Both the position numbers and the translations under genes were made by a program. From Candidatus Nealsonbacteria bacterium (GTDB taxonomy: Bacteria > Patescibacteriota > Minisyncoccia > Minisyncoccales > JAGGXC01), in NCBI GenBank assembly GCA_026396195.1, contig JAPLXH010000005.1:3710-67709 (forward strand): 64,000 bases of DNA. Reading direction: 5' to 3'. This document shows positions 37,235 through 46,360 of this stretch, one piece after another. Within the stretch, counting starts at the first letter, position 1. Every line of letters begins with the position of its first letter. Below the pieces are notes generated by a model. That model was not told the origin of the DNA, searched no databases, and saw nothing but the letters and a program-made list of their open reading frames with translations.

Positions 37235-38056
37235 ATGAGTGGAAAAATGAACGCGAAAGATAGGCTGATTTTAGCTTTAGACCCCAATAGAGAAGAAATA
37301 AAAAAATGGATGAGAACGGAGCCGACAAATAAGGTTAAAGAAAAAATAAGAGAAAAAGTAGTTTCTATTCTGGACGAGCTGGAAGGAGAAGTTGGTTTTG
37401 TGAAGGTAAACTATGTTTCCAGCATGGTTCCTGATATTATTGATATCATTCAGCAAAGGAAAATTGGTGTTTGGCTGGACGGAAAATACAAAGACATTCC
37501 AGGAACTGTTGAAGGATGGACAATGGGTGCAATTCTGAACAACGTAGATAAAATAACAATTCACGCTGACGGTGGATTAAAAATGATTCAGTACGCAACA
37601 GAAATAGCAAAAATAACGAAAGAAATAAAACAGTTTCGAGACATTGAAATTTTTGCAATCAGCGTTTTAACCAGCATTGGCCCTGAAGTTCTTAGTAACG
37701 AACTGAAAATACCCGGAAATCTTATGAATAAAGTTATGGTATATGCCAAATTAGCTGAAAAAGGAGGAGTGGATGGAGTTGTGGCCTCTGCTATGGAATC
37801 GCCCGTTTTAGCAAGAAAATTAAAATCAGGAATGCACATTATTACACCAGCGATAACACCAAACTGGGCAATAAAAAGGGATGATCAAAATAAATCTAGA
37901 ATTACTACTCCTTACCAAGCAATAATCAGCGGATCAACTAAAATTGTAGTAGGCAGCGCCATTATTGATGCTGAAACATACGGAAAAACGAGAATTGAAG
38001 CAGCTCAAGCCATTGTAGCTGAAATTGATCAAGCCTTGACCAGCAGGAATTTCTAG
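37235..38056 (+). CDS. pyrF: orotidine-5'-phosphate decarboxylase family
   Basis: LILALDP, WLDGKYKDIPGTV (D-x-K-x-x-D-I) and DDQNKSRITTPYQAIISGSTKIVVGSAI (DQxR...TP...G). Confidence 0.75.
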   Translation: MSGKMNAKDRLILALDPNREEIKKWMRTEPTNKVKEKIREKVVSILDELEGEVGFVKVNYVSSMVPDIIDIIQQRKIGVWLDGKYKDIPGTVEGWTMGAILNNVDKITIHADGGLKMIQYATEIAKITKEIKQFRDIEIFAISVLTSIGPEVLSNELKIPGNLMNKVMVYAKLAEKGGVDGVVASAMESPVLARKLKSGMHIITPAITPNWAIKRDDQNKSRITTPYQAIISGSTKIVVGSAIIDAETYGKTRIEAAQAIVAEIDQALTSRNF

Positions 38057-38069
38057 GGAGGAATTTTTG

Positions 38070-38741
38070 ATGACACCAGTCACCAATAGTGAAGATAAAA
38101 TTTTAGAACCTTTTAAAAAATATGATGCTATCTGGTTGCACGACGGTAATTCTAAAAATCCTCACGCCGAATTGACCACAGGAAAATGCAGTAACGCTTA
38201 CTTTAATTGTCGTAGAGTTCTAAAAGATCCATTCGCCAATTTTAATTTAGCCAGAGAACTGGTTCTGCAATTAAAGCAAAAAGGAATAGAAAACATTGAT
38301 TGGGTTATAGGCTCTCCGATGTCGGCAATAACTTTTTCTTACGAAGTAGCTAAGGGGTTTGAAGCTTTTCACGGTTTTACCGAGAAAGATCCTCTTGATC
38401 CCAAGAAAATGGTTTGGAAAAGTGAAACCATCCCAGAGGGTTCTAATGTTCTACAGATTGAAGAATTAATTACAACGAGTCATACTTTCAAAGAAGTTCG
38501 TCGGGCTATCCTAGAAGGAAACCTAGAAAAAATCAATCTTCTGCCAATAATCGGAACTATTATTCATCGTCCGCCAAAACTCCCCGTGGAATACGAAATC
38601 AATGGTCAGAAAATTGAAATCGTGGCTTTGTTTGAAAAAGAAGTTTGGGCAATAGATCCTTTAGAATGTCCTTTATGCAAGCTTGGTTCTGTCCCTTATC
38701 CTCCGAAAAGTCATTGGAAAGAGTTAATCGGAAAAAAATAA
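38070..38741 (+). CDS. pyrE: orotate phosphoribosyltransferase-like type I PRTase
   Basis: HAELTTGKCSNAYFNC (compare HFxLSSGxHSxxY), VLQIEELITTSHT PRPP-binding loop. Directly follows pyrF, with GGGAGG overlapping its stop codon. Confidence 0.65.
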   Translation: MTPVTNSEDKILEPFKKYDAIWLHDGNSKNPHAELTTGKCSNAYFNCRRVLKDPFANFNLARELVLQLKQKGIENIDWVIGSPMSAITFSYEVAKGFEAFHGFTEKDPLDPKKMVWKSETIPEGSNVLQIEELITTSHTFKEVRRAILEGNLEKINLLPIIGTIIHRPPKLPVEYEINGQKIEIVALFEKEVWAIDPLECPLCKLGSVPYPPKSHWKELIGKK

Positions 38742-38752
38742 CCAAAATATAA

Positions 38753-38782
38753 CCCACTGGAACTATTTCAGTGGGATTTTTT
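38753..38782 (+). terminator. intrinsic terminator after pyrF-pyrE
   Basis: cccactg-gaactattt-cagtggg followed by atttttt. Confidence 0.7.
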
Positions 38783-38846
38783 ATTATTCGTGATTTGCTT
38801 GACTTTTTATATTTAGATGTTAAAATATTAAAAGGAGGTTAGTACA

Positions 38847-39608
38847 TTGTCAAATATAAATGATAAAACTTTAAATCAGAACGATACAGAAAATAATTTT
38901 AGAAAAAGATTGATCACTTTCGCTGTTTTATTAATCCCAATAGGATTTCTTTTTTTGATTATTATTCCGTCTTTTTTTTCAAAATATTTTCCTTTTTTAA
39001 CGAGTTTTGCTTTAATTTTTTTAGCTTGGCAATGCGTTAAAGAAATTGGGAAAATAGAAAAAGGCAGAAATCAAGAAAAGTTATCCTTGCTGTCAATTTT
39101 TTTCGCGATATATATATTTATCGCCCTAGGCATGTATTCCTATTTGATATTCAGCGAGAACGGGTTTTTGTGGCTTATAGTTGCAATTATTGGCGTCGCT
39201 TTTTTTGATTCGTTCTCTTATCTGATAGGAAAAACTGTGCGATTTTTTATGAATTTTTTATTCCTGAAAAAATTTATTAAAAAACAAATAAAAATTCATA
39301 AAATGGTTCCGACTATTTCTCCCAAGAAAACTTGGGAAGGAGCAGTAGGAGGCTTTATCGCTTGCTTAATAGCCGTTGGCATATCGGGGAAATTACTTCT
39401 TTTATTGGATTTTTGGCAGATAATAATTACAGGAACTTTTATCGCCGTGCTTGCTTTTCTAGGCGATTTATTCGAATCGTTTTATAAAAGAAAAATGGAA
39501 ATAAAAGATTCGGGAAGTGTTTTACCGGGCCACGGTGGTTTACTCGACAGAATCGACAGCGCCTTATTGGTTATTTTTGGGATCATTCTTTTAAAGCTGA
39601 TTTTCTGA
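38847..39608 (+). CDS. cdsA: phosphatidate cytidylyltransferase family (CdsA-like)
   Basis: SPKKTWEGAVGG, FESFYKRKMEIKDSG and PGHGGLLDRIDS signature blocks. TTG start after AAAGGAGG. Confidence 0.8.
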   Translation: MSNINDKTLNQNDTENNFRKRLITFAVLLIPIGFLFLIIIPSFFSKYFPFLTSFALIFLAWQCVKEIGKIEKGRNQEKLSLLSIFFAIYIFIALGMYSYLIFSENGFLWLIVAIIGVAFFDSFSYLIGKTVRFFMNFLFLKKFIKKQIKIHKMVPTISPKKTWEGAVGGFIACLIAVGISGKLLLLLDFWQIIITGTFIAVLAFLGDLFESFYKRKMEIKDSGSVLPGHGGLLDRIDSALLVIFGIILLKLIF

Positions 39609-39733
39609 TCTTTCTAAAAATGGGCAGGTAATTTATATTTGCCCATCTTTTTATTTACTTGACATCTGTCTTAATATGAGTTATTATGTAATCAGCAATT
39701 TCAAAGGTAAATAATTGCAGAGAGGTAATAGAA

Positions 39734-39949
39734 ATGAAATTTGTTAATGAAAAATTGACCGAACATCAAAAGCTAGGGATAAAACTGCTAGGAATTTCAG
39801 CGATATTAGGAATACTTTCGGTAGGGGCATTTCTTTTAGGAGCAGGAGAAGTGATTTATGAAGCACTTTTTGGTTGTTTTGCTTTATCTTTTAGCACAGG
39901 CATGATTTCGGCGACATGGGAAACGATAGGAGTAAACATTTATTATTAA
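39734..39949 (+). CDS. small two-TM protein
   Basis: 71-aa ORF downstream of TTGACA-17-TATTAT (39658-39686). Confidence 0.45.
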   Translation: MKFVNEKLTEHQKLGIKLLGISAILGILSVGAFLLGAGEVIYEALFGCFALSFSTGMISATWETIGVNIYY

Positions 39950-40026
39950 TTAAAATTAAGAAATGATTTTTATCTCATTTCTTTTTTTTATTCAAAAATA
40001 ATGGTAATATTAATTAATATACTTTT

Positions 40027-40380
40027 ATGCCCCAAGCTTTAAATAAGGAAAAAAGTAAAAGCGCCTTTGACGAAGAAGTTTATAAAAAACTGGGAATAAA
40101 TGAATTGATTTTGTTTTGTGTTTACTCGGTGAATAACTCTCAAGAAAATTGCACAATTGAAAGATTGGTAAAAGAATGTTTTACGCTGTTTCCCAAAGCT
40201 TTTAGCTTTAATAATTTTCCCCAATGGCCCGATTCCAGGAAATTAGACCGCCCGCTTCGCGCCTTAAGAAACAAAAAACTGATTAAAGGGGACCCTAAAA
40301 GTAAATTTTCCTTAACCGACCTCGGAAAAAAAACAATTAAAGACACTGCCAAATTTTTAACCCAAAAAAAATTATGGTAA
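40027..40380 (+). CDS. hypothetical 117-aa protein
   Basis: ORF only. Confidence 0.45.
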   Translation: MPQALNKEKSKSAFDEEVYKKLGINELILFCVYSVNNSQENCTIERLVKECFTLFPKAFSFNNFPQWPDSRKLDRPLRALRNKKLIKGDPKSKFSLTDLGKKTIKDTAKFLTQKKLW

Positions 40381-40397
40381 AATAAATTATATCAAAT

Positions 40398-40481
40398 ATG
40401 AGGCCTTACGAAGTTATTCTTACAATCATCGCTTTTATCGCAACCATTTTAATTTTGCTGACTATTTTTAAAACGTTATGA
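40398..40481 (+). CDS. candidate 27-aa hydrophobic peptide
   Basis: MRPYEVILTIIAFIATILILLTIFKTL*. Paralogous N-terminus to the next ORF, with an ATGA overlap. Confidence 0.35.
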   Translation: MRPYEVILTIIAFIATILILLTIFKTL

Positions 40482-40612
40482 AACCTTACGAAATTCCGCT
40501 TGTAATTATTAGTTTTATTTTAGGCATTTTTCTTCTTTCAGTTGCCCTTTCAAGTACAGCTCCTAATTGGTTGGCTTTTGTGGGAGGTTTTATTAAAACA
40601 ATAGTAAAATAA
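40478..40612 (+). CDS. candidate 44-aa hydrophobic peptide
   Basis: MKPYEIPLVIISFILGIFLLSVALSSTAPNWLAFVGGFIKTIVK*. Ends 6 nt before the SdpI-like gene. Confidence 0.35.
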   Translation: MKPYEIPLVIISFILGIFLLSVALSSTAPNWLAFVGGFIKTIVK

Positions 40613-40618
40613 AAAAAG

Positions 40619-41284
40619 ATGAAAAAAAATATTTTAGTTAAAATAACGATTTTATTTATAATATTCGTGTCTTTCGGGATGAGCGCTTTTTTTTATCCCG
40701 TACTTCCCGATAAAATGGCTTCCCATTGGAACATTAAGGGAGAGATAGACGGTTATCTGTCTAAAACTTGGGCTTTATTTTTGATGCCCGCAATTTCCTT
40801 GATATTATTTTTATTTTTCATTTTAATTCCCAGAATAGACCCCTTAAGGGAAAATATCGAAAAATTTATAAAATATTATTACGGGTTTATTATAGTTTTA
40901 ATTTTATTTTTATATTATATTTACTACATTACTCTTATTTTAAATATCGGATTTAAATTTAATATTATCCAATTATTAATTCCCGCTTTTGCCGGCCTTT
41001 TTTATTATCTGGGCATTCTAACGGAAAACTTAAAAAGAAACTGGTTTATCGGCATTAGAACTCCCTGGACATTGAGCAGTGACAATGTTTGGTTAAAAAC
41101 CCATAAAACCGGAGGGAAACTTTATAAAACTTGCGGAGCGATTACGCTTTTGGGGATATCTTTTCCTGATTTTGCCATTTTTTTAGTTATTTTACCTATA
41201 ATTTTATTTTCTTTAGGCTTGATTGTTTTCTCTTATTTTGAATATAAAAAAGAGGAAAAAAAATCCAAAAGAAGAAAAAAATAA
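40619..41284 (+). CDS. SdpI/YhfL-family (DUF1648-type) membrane protein
   Basis: N-terminal LPDKMASHWNIKGEIDGYLSK pattern plus a C-terminal multi-TM SdpI-like region. Confidence 0.6.
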   Translation: MKKNILVKITILFIIFVSFGMSAFFYPVLPDKMASHWNIKGEIDGYLSKTWALFLMPAISLILFLFFILIPRIDPLRENIEKFIKYYYGFIIVLILFLYYIYYITLILNIGFKFNIIQLLIPAFAGLFYYLGILTENLKRNWFIGIRTPWTLSSDNVWLKTHKTGGKLYKTCGAITLLGISFPDFAIFLVILPIILFSLGLIVFSYFEYKKEEKKSKRRKK

Positions 41285-41398
41285 ATAATTTTTTTTGGTA
41301 TTTTTTAAATAAAAAAAGGCTTGATGCCTTTTTTAACGGAAATTAATCTCCAATAAGTTAAAATAAAATCTATGTTTTTAAACTTAAATATCGCGTTT

Positions 41399-43015
41399 AT
41401 GAAAAAAAAGCCGATTATTTTAATTATTATAGTTTTAATTTTAATTTTGTTGGGAAGTTATAAGTTTTTTTTTGGTGTAAAAAAAGAAGTTTATAATTTT
41501 GATACGGCAAAAATTGGAAACGTTGTTCAGGAGGTATCTGCTGTTGGCCGAGTTCAGAAAGGAGAGCTGATAAATTTAGGCCTTAAAGATGTCGGTAAGA
41601 TTGATAAAATTTATATTAAGGTTGGAGACGATGTTAAATCCGGAGAAAAATTATTAAAAATTGAAACAACCCAGCTTTCAATTCAGCTCGTTGAAGCTAA
41701 AGCTGCTTTAGATTTGGCAAACTCAGAATTAAACAAGTTATTAGTCGGTGAAACTCCGGAAAAAATTAAAGTTATTCAGACAGGGGTTGATAATGCCAAA
41801 ATTACTTATGAAAATGCAAAACAATCATTGACCGATATTACTAATTCAGCCGAAGAAAATTTAAATTCATCTTATGAGGATGCTTTAATTATTTTGGAAG
41901 ATTCTTATTTGAAAGCTTACAACGCTTTCAATTCCGCGGATTTAATCAAAAGAACGTATTTTACCTATAATGACCAGGAAAGCATAAATTTTAAAGAGAA
42001 AAAAGAAATAATAGAAAATTTAAAAAACCAGATTAAATACTATTTGGATTTGGCAAAAGCAGACCCAAAAAGCCAAAATATTGATATTGCCTTAACCAAA
42101 ATAAAAGACAATTTAGATGATATTTACGATGCTTTAAGCGTGATTCGAAATCTTTGCGAAGGAAATTACCGGGACATTGTTTCTTCGACTGATAAAACTT
42201 ATTTAGACACCCATAAAACAAACATTAATACCGTTTTAGCCAGCATTGTTAGCGCTGAACAATCTATTTCTTCAACAAAATTAACCAATAATTACAATAT
42301 AAATACCGCTAAAGCTTCGGTTCTTTCAACGGAAGGGGCTTTTAAAAAAGCACAAGACGAAATGTCTCTGATGTTGGCCGGTCCCCGGCAAGAAGATATT
42401 GATTTATACCGGGCTAAAAAAAATCAGGCTGGAGCAAGGCTTAATATTTTGGAAAATCAAATCGCAGAAGCTGTTTTAAAAAGTCCTGTGGATGGAAAAA
42501 TAACAAAGATAAATAAAGAAATAGGTGAGCAAGTATTGATGGGCGAGGCGGTTATTTCTTTAATCCCGGCAAAACCATTTCAAGTTGAAACGGATGTTTC
42601 CGAATCGGATATCGGAAAAATTAAAATTGGAAATTACATCAAAATTATTTTAGATGCTTTTCCGGAAGAAGAATTTTCAGGGAAGGTGATTGAAATTGAC
42701 CCTGCCGAAACCGTAATTGCCGGCGTAATTTATTATAAAATCAAAGCCAGCCTTGAATCTGAAGATGAAAGAATCAAACCTGGGATGACGGCAAATCTTA
42801 CCGTTATTATTGACTCGAAAGAAAACGCCTTGGTTATTCCCCAAAGAGCGGTTATTGAAAAAAATGGCAAGAAATTTACAAGAATCTTAAAAAACAAGGA
42901 TAATTTTGAAGAAATAGAAATACAGACCGGTTTAAGGGGAAGCAGCGGTGTAATTGAAATTTTATCCGGCCTGAAAGAAGGAGATAAGGTTATTACTTCA
43001 ATAAAAGAGAAATAA
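41399..43015 (+). CDS. HlyD/MacA-type periplasmic adaptor
   Basis: TM anchor, lipoyl-like VKSGEKLLKIE, a long coiled coil, a second lipoyl half SPVDGKITKIN and a beta-barrel tail. Confidence 0.75.
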   Translation: MKKKPIILIIIVLILILLGSYKFFFGVKKEVYNFDTAKIGNVVQEVSAVGRVQKGELINLGLKDVGKIDKIYIKVGDDVKSGEKLLKIETTQLSIQLVEAKAALDLANSELNKLLVGETPEKIKVIQTGVDNAKITYENAKQSLTDITNSAEENLNSSYEDALIILEDSYLKAYNAFNSADLIKRTYFTYNDQESINFKEKKEIIENLKNQIKYYLDLAKADPKSQNIDIALTKIKDNLDDIYDALSVIRNLCEGNYRDIVSSTDKTYLDTHKTNINTVLASIVSAEQSISSTKLTNNYNINTAKASVLSTEGAFKKAQDEMSLMLAGPRQEDIDLYRAKKNQAGARLNILENQIAEAVLKSPVDGKITKINKEIGEQVLMGEAVISLIPAKPFQVETDVSESDIGKIKIGNYIKIILDAFPEEEFSGKVIEIDPAETVIAGVIYYKIKASLESEDERIKPGMTANLTVIIDSKENALVIPQRAVIEKNGKKFTRILKNKDNFEEIEIQTGLRGSSGVIEILSGLKEGDKVITSIKEK

Positions 43016-43722
43016 TGATAGAGGTTAGGAATATTAAAAAAACTTATAATGGCATTGTCCCCACCAAAGCTCTTGATGGGGTTTCTTTTGATATTGCAGA
43101 AGGAGAGTTTGTGGCCATTATGGGACCATCTGGTTGCGGTAAATCAACCTTAATGCATATTATGGGTTTTTTAGATAAGCCGAGCTCCGGAACTTATAAA
43201 TTAAAAGGAAGAAGTATGGATGATTTTAATGATGACGAACTGGCGAGAATAAGAAACAAAGAAATGGGTTTTGTTTTCCAAAGTTTTAATTTACTTGCGA
43301 GAACCTCTGTTTTGGAAAACGTTAAACTTCCTTTGACTTATAGCGGGCTATCTTCTGAAATGGAGGATAAACTGGCAATAAAGGCCTTGGAAGCAGTCGA
43401 CCTTTCCAAGAGGGCTCCTTATTTATCAAATCAATTATCCGGCGGAGAACAGCAAAGAGTGGCGATAGCTCGAGCAATAGTAAATCATCCTTCGGTTATT
43501 TTTGCCGACGAACCAACGGGAAATCTGGACAGCAAGTCCGGCCAGCAAATAATGGATATTTTGCAGAAAATTAATGATGAAGGGCGTACGATAATTTTGG
43601 TTACTCACGAAAAATACACCTCGGAAATGGCCAAACGTCTTATTCAGCTGAAAGACGGAAAAATAGTCAGCGATGAAAAAATTGCCTATAGAAGGCTCGC
43701 CAAAGACGGTTTGATCAAATAA
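43015..43722 (+). CDS. ABC transporter ATP-binding protein (MacB/LolD-type)
   Basis: GPSGCGKST (Walker A), LSGGEQQRVAIARA (signature) and VIFADEPTGNLD (Walker B). Confidence 0.9.
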   Translation: MIEVRNIKKTYNGIVPTKALDGVSFDIAEGEFVAIMGPSGCGKSTLMHIMGFLDKPSSGTYKLKGRSMDDFNDDELARIRNKEMGFVFQSFNLLARTSVLENVKLPLTYSGLSSEMEDKLAIKALEAVDLSKRAPYLSNQLSGGEQQRVAIARAIVNHPSVIFADEPTGNLDSKSGQQIMDILQKINDEGRTIILVTHEKYTSEMAKRLIQLKDGKIVSDEKIAYRRLAKDGLIK

Positions 43723-43863
43723 ATTTTATGAACCCCGTTAGAAGTCCTAGACATAAAAAATTTAAGTTAAATTTTTTATGTTTATTGCTAGCGGGGTATA
43801 AAAAAAATAAAAGTTCGTCAAAAATCAACAACCTGTTGCTTTATAAGACGAACTTCTAACTGG

Positions 43864-45120
43864 GTGAAACTATTATATTCTTTTAAAACAGCTGTTATCG
43901 GCTTAAAAACGCACAAAGTTCGTTCCTTTTTAACCATGCTTGGAATTATTATCGGAATTGCGGCTGTAGTGGGAATGATGTCTTTGGGAGCCGGAGCTCA
44001 AAACTTGATAGTGGGCCAAGTGATGTCTTTAGGTTCCAATAATGTTTTTATTGAGCCGGGATCTTTTGACCCTAAAAAAACTTCAATGATGGAAGCGATG
44101 ATGGAGCAGATGGAAATAAAAACCTTAAAAATCAGCGATTGCGAAGCGATAACAAAATTGAATAACGTAGAATCGGCATCTCCGATAGTTATGGGAATGG
44201 GAAGGGTTGTATATAAGGGTATTGATAAAAAAATAAGTTTTCTTGGCACCAATGAAAGTGCTCAAAAAGTTTTAGAAAATAAAATTGTTTTGGGCCGGGA
44301 AATGACGGAAACGGATATTAAATCCCGGGCCGCTGTTGCTATTTTGGGTTATAAAATTAAACAGGATTTATTTGGCGATGAAGATCCGATAGGTTCGACG
44401 ATAAGAATTAAAAATGTAAATTTTAAAGTAATAGGGGCGGCGGAAGAAGTGGGAAGTCAGATGTTTCTTTCGATTGATGAATATATATTTGTTCCGGTTA
44501 CCGCCGCTCAGAAGCTTTTGTTGGGAACGGATCATTTAAATAATATTATAATGAGAATAAAGGACGAAAAAAAATTAGATGAAACGATAGAAGATGTGCG
44601 CTTTCTCTTGAGGGAAAGGCATAATATTTACAATCCCGAGAATGATTTAAGTAAGGATGATTTTAGGATAATGAGCCAAGAAGAAGCCGCCAGCACCTTA
44701 ACTTCAATTACCGGAATCTTTACTTTATTTCTTTCAAGCGTCGGCGCTATTGCATTGGTCGTGGGGGGCATTGGAATAATGAATATTATGTTAGTTTCCG
44801 TGACTGAAAGAACAAGAGAAATCGGTTTAAGAAAAGCTGTAGGAGCTCGGAAAAAAGATATTTTGTTACAGTTTTTATTGGAAGCCATCGTGCTTACCAT
44901 TATAGGAGGAATTATAGGCATTATTTTGGGGATTATTTTTTCTTTTATCGGGGGCATAGCCATTAGTAATATTTTAAGCGTAGGATGGAAATTTTTTATT
45001 TCCTTGAAAGCCATAGCATTGGGTTTTGGCTTTTCGGCTATGACCGGACTGGTTTTTGGAATTTATCCGGCTCGTAAAGCCGCTAAATTAAATCCAATTG
45101 AAGCTCTTCGTTACGAATAA
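43864..45120 (+). CDS. ABC transporter permease, MacB/FtsX type (GTG start)
   Basis: N-terminal TM, large periplasmic domain, then a C-terminal FtsX 3-TM block with REIGLRKAVGA. Confidence 0.85.
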   Translation: MKLLYSFKTAVIGLKTHKVRSFLTMLGIIIGIAAVVGMMSLGAGAQNLIVGQVMSLGSNNVFIEPGSFDPKKTSMMEAMMEQMEIKTLKISDCEAITKLNNVESASPIVMGMGRVVYKGIDKKISFLGTNESAQKVLENKIVLGREMTETDIKSRAAVAILGYKIKQDLFGDEDPIGSTIRIKNVNFKVIGAAEEVGSQMFLSIDEYIFVPVTAAQKLLLGTDHLNNIIMRIKDEKKLDETIEDVRFLLRERHNIYNPENDLSKDDFRIMSQEEAASTLTSITGIFTLFLSSVGAIALVVGGIGIMNIMLVSVTERTREIGLRKAVGARKKDILLQFLLEAIVLTIIGGIIGIILGIIFSFIGGIAISNILSVGWKFFISLKAIALGFGFSAMTGLVFGIYPARKAAKLNPIEALRYE

Positions 45121-45122
45121 TT

Positions 45123-45782
45123 ATGGCAAATTTAGTTGATTCTTTAATAAAAGAGGGGTGGCTAAAGACTCCCGAAATAATTGAAGCTTTCAGAAAAATA
45201 AAAAGAATAGATTTTTTGCCAAAAGACCTTAAAGATTTAGCCGGACTGAATCAGGCTCTGCCTATTGGTTTTGAGCAAACTATTTCCCAGCCATTGGTAG
45301 TGGCTTTTATGTTGGAAAAATTGGAACCTAAAAAAGGAGATAAAATTTTAGATATAGGTTCGGGTTCCGGTTGGACAACCGCCTTGCTTTCGGAAATTGT
45401 CGGGAAGGAAGGAAAGGTGATTGCCATTGAATTGGTTCCCGAATTGGCGGAGTTTGGCAAGAGAAATGCAGAAAAATATAATTTCGTGAAAGCGGGAAGA
45501 GCCTCTTTTATTTACGCCGATGGCTCAAAGGGATATCCCAACATAACCTCTTGTCCTGAGCTTGCCGAAGGATTTGATAAGATTTTATGTTCAGCTTCAG
45601 TTCACAAAAAAATTCCTTCTGCCTGGAAAGACCAGTTAAAAATAGGAGGCAGAATTGTGACTCCCATTGATTCTTCGATTTGGTTATTGATTAAAAATCC
45701 GCCGACTGGCGGAGCAAAGAGTGATAAATTTGAAGAAATTGAGTTTCCCGGGTTTTCTTTCGTGCCCTTAATCGTTAAATAG
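45123..45782 (+). CDS. pcm: protein-L-isoaspartate O-methyltransferase
   Basis: TISQPLVVAFMLE, ILDIGSGSGWTTALL and ADGSKGYP. Confidence 0.85.
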   Translation: MANLVDSLIKEGWLKTPEIIEAFRKIKRIDFLPKDLKDLAGLNQALPIGFEQTISQPLVVAFMLEKLEPKKGDKILDIGSGSGWTTALLSEIVGKEGKVIAIELVPELAEFGKRNAEKYNFVKAGRASFIYADGSKGYPNITSCPELAEGFDKILCSASVHKKIPSAWKDQLKIGGRIVTPIDSSIWLLIKNPPTGGAKSDKFEEIEFPGFSFVPLIVK

Positions 45783-45910
45783 ATAAAAAATTTATTAATA
45801 TTTTTTATTTTAGATTGAAAATTATCCCTGCCTTTCACGCGTAATTTCGGATTTGAAAGTATTTCAGCTTCGTTGTATCCTAGATATAATGTAAGTAATA
45901 TTTTTAAAAC

Positions 45911-46108
45911 ATGGAGGAAAAAAATTATTATTTAAGAAATTTCGTGCCGGTAATTATGGGCTGGTTTCTTTTGTGCGGTCTTTTTGGTTTTTTCTTTATT
46001 TTGGCCCGAGCCAGTTTTACGACAACCGACAAGGAAAAAGTTTTTATCATTAGTTGGTTTCTATTGGTGGTAATAATCCAAATTTATACTTTTTTATTCA
46101 GCGGATGA
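45911..46108 (+). CDS. two-TM ORF ending at an in-frame TGA (possible 5' part of a longer gene)
   Basis: 65-aa ORF. Same frame as 46361-46951, and the 84 codons between them contain no stop. Confidence 0.45.
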   Translation: MEEKNYYLRNFVPVIMGWFLLCGLFGFFFILARASFTTTDKEKVFIISWFLLVVIIQIYTFLFSG

Positions 46109-46360
46109 TTAAAATTAATCGGAATTAATTTTGAAAACAGAGATTCTTTTTTAGTCAACAAGCATATTTTAAACAATAAAATTAATCCTGAAATCTCCGA
46201 TAAAGATTTAAAAGACCTTTTTTACGCTTTAAAAAAAGAACCGTTTATTATTTTAAAAAGAACCTTTATTTACGGATTAATCGGCGCTATTTTTTTTGCC
46301 GTTATAATATACGTATATAAAATTTCATTTTTAGACATACTCACGATTTTAAACGGCGGC

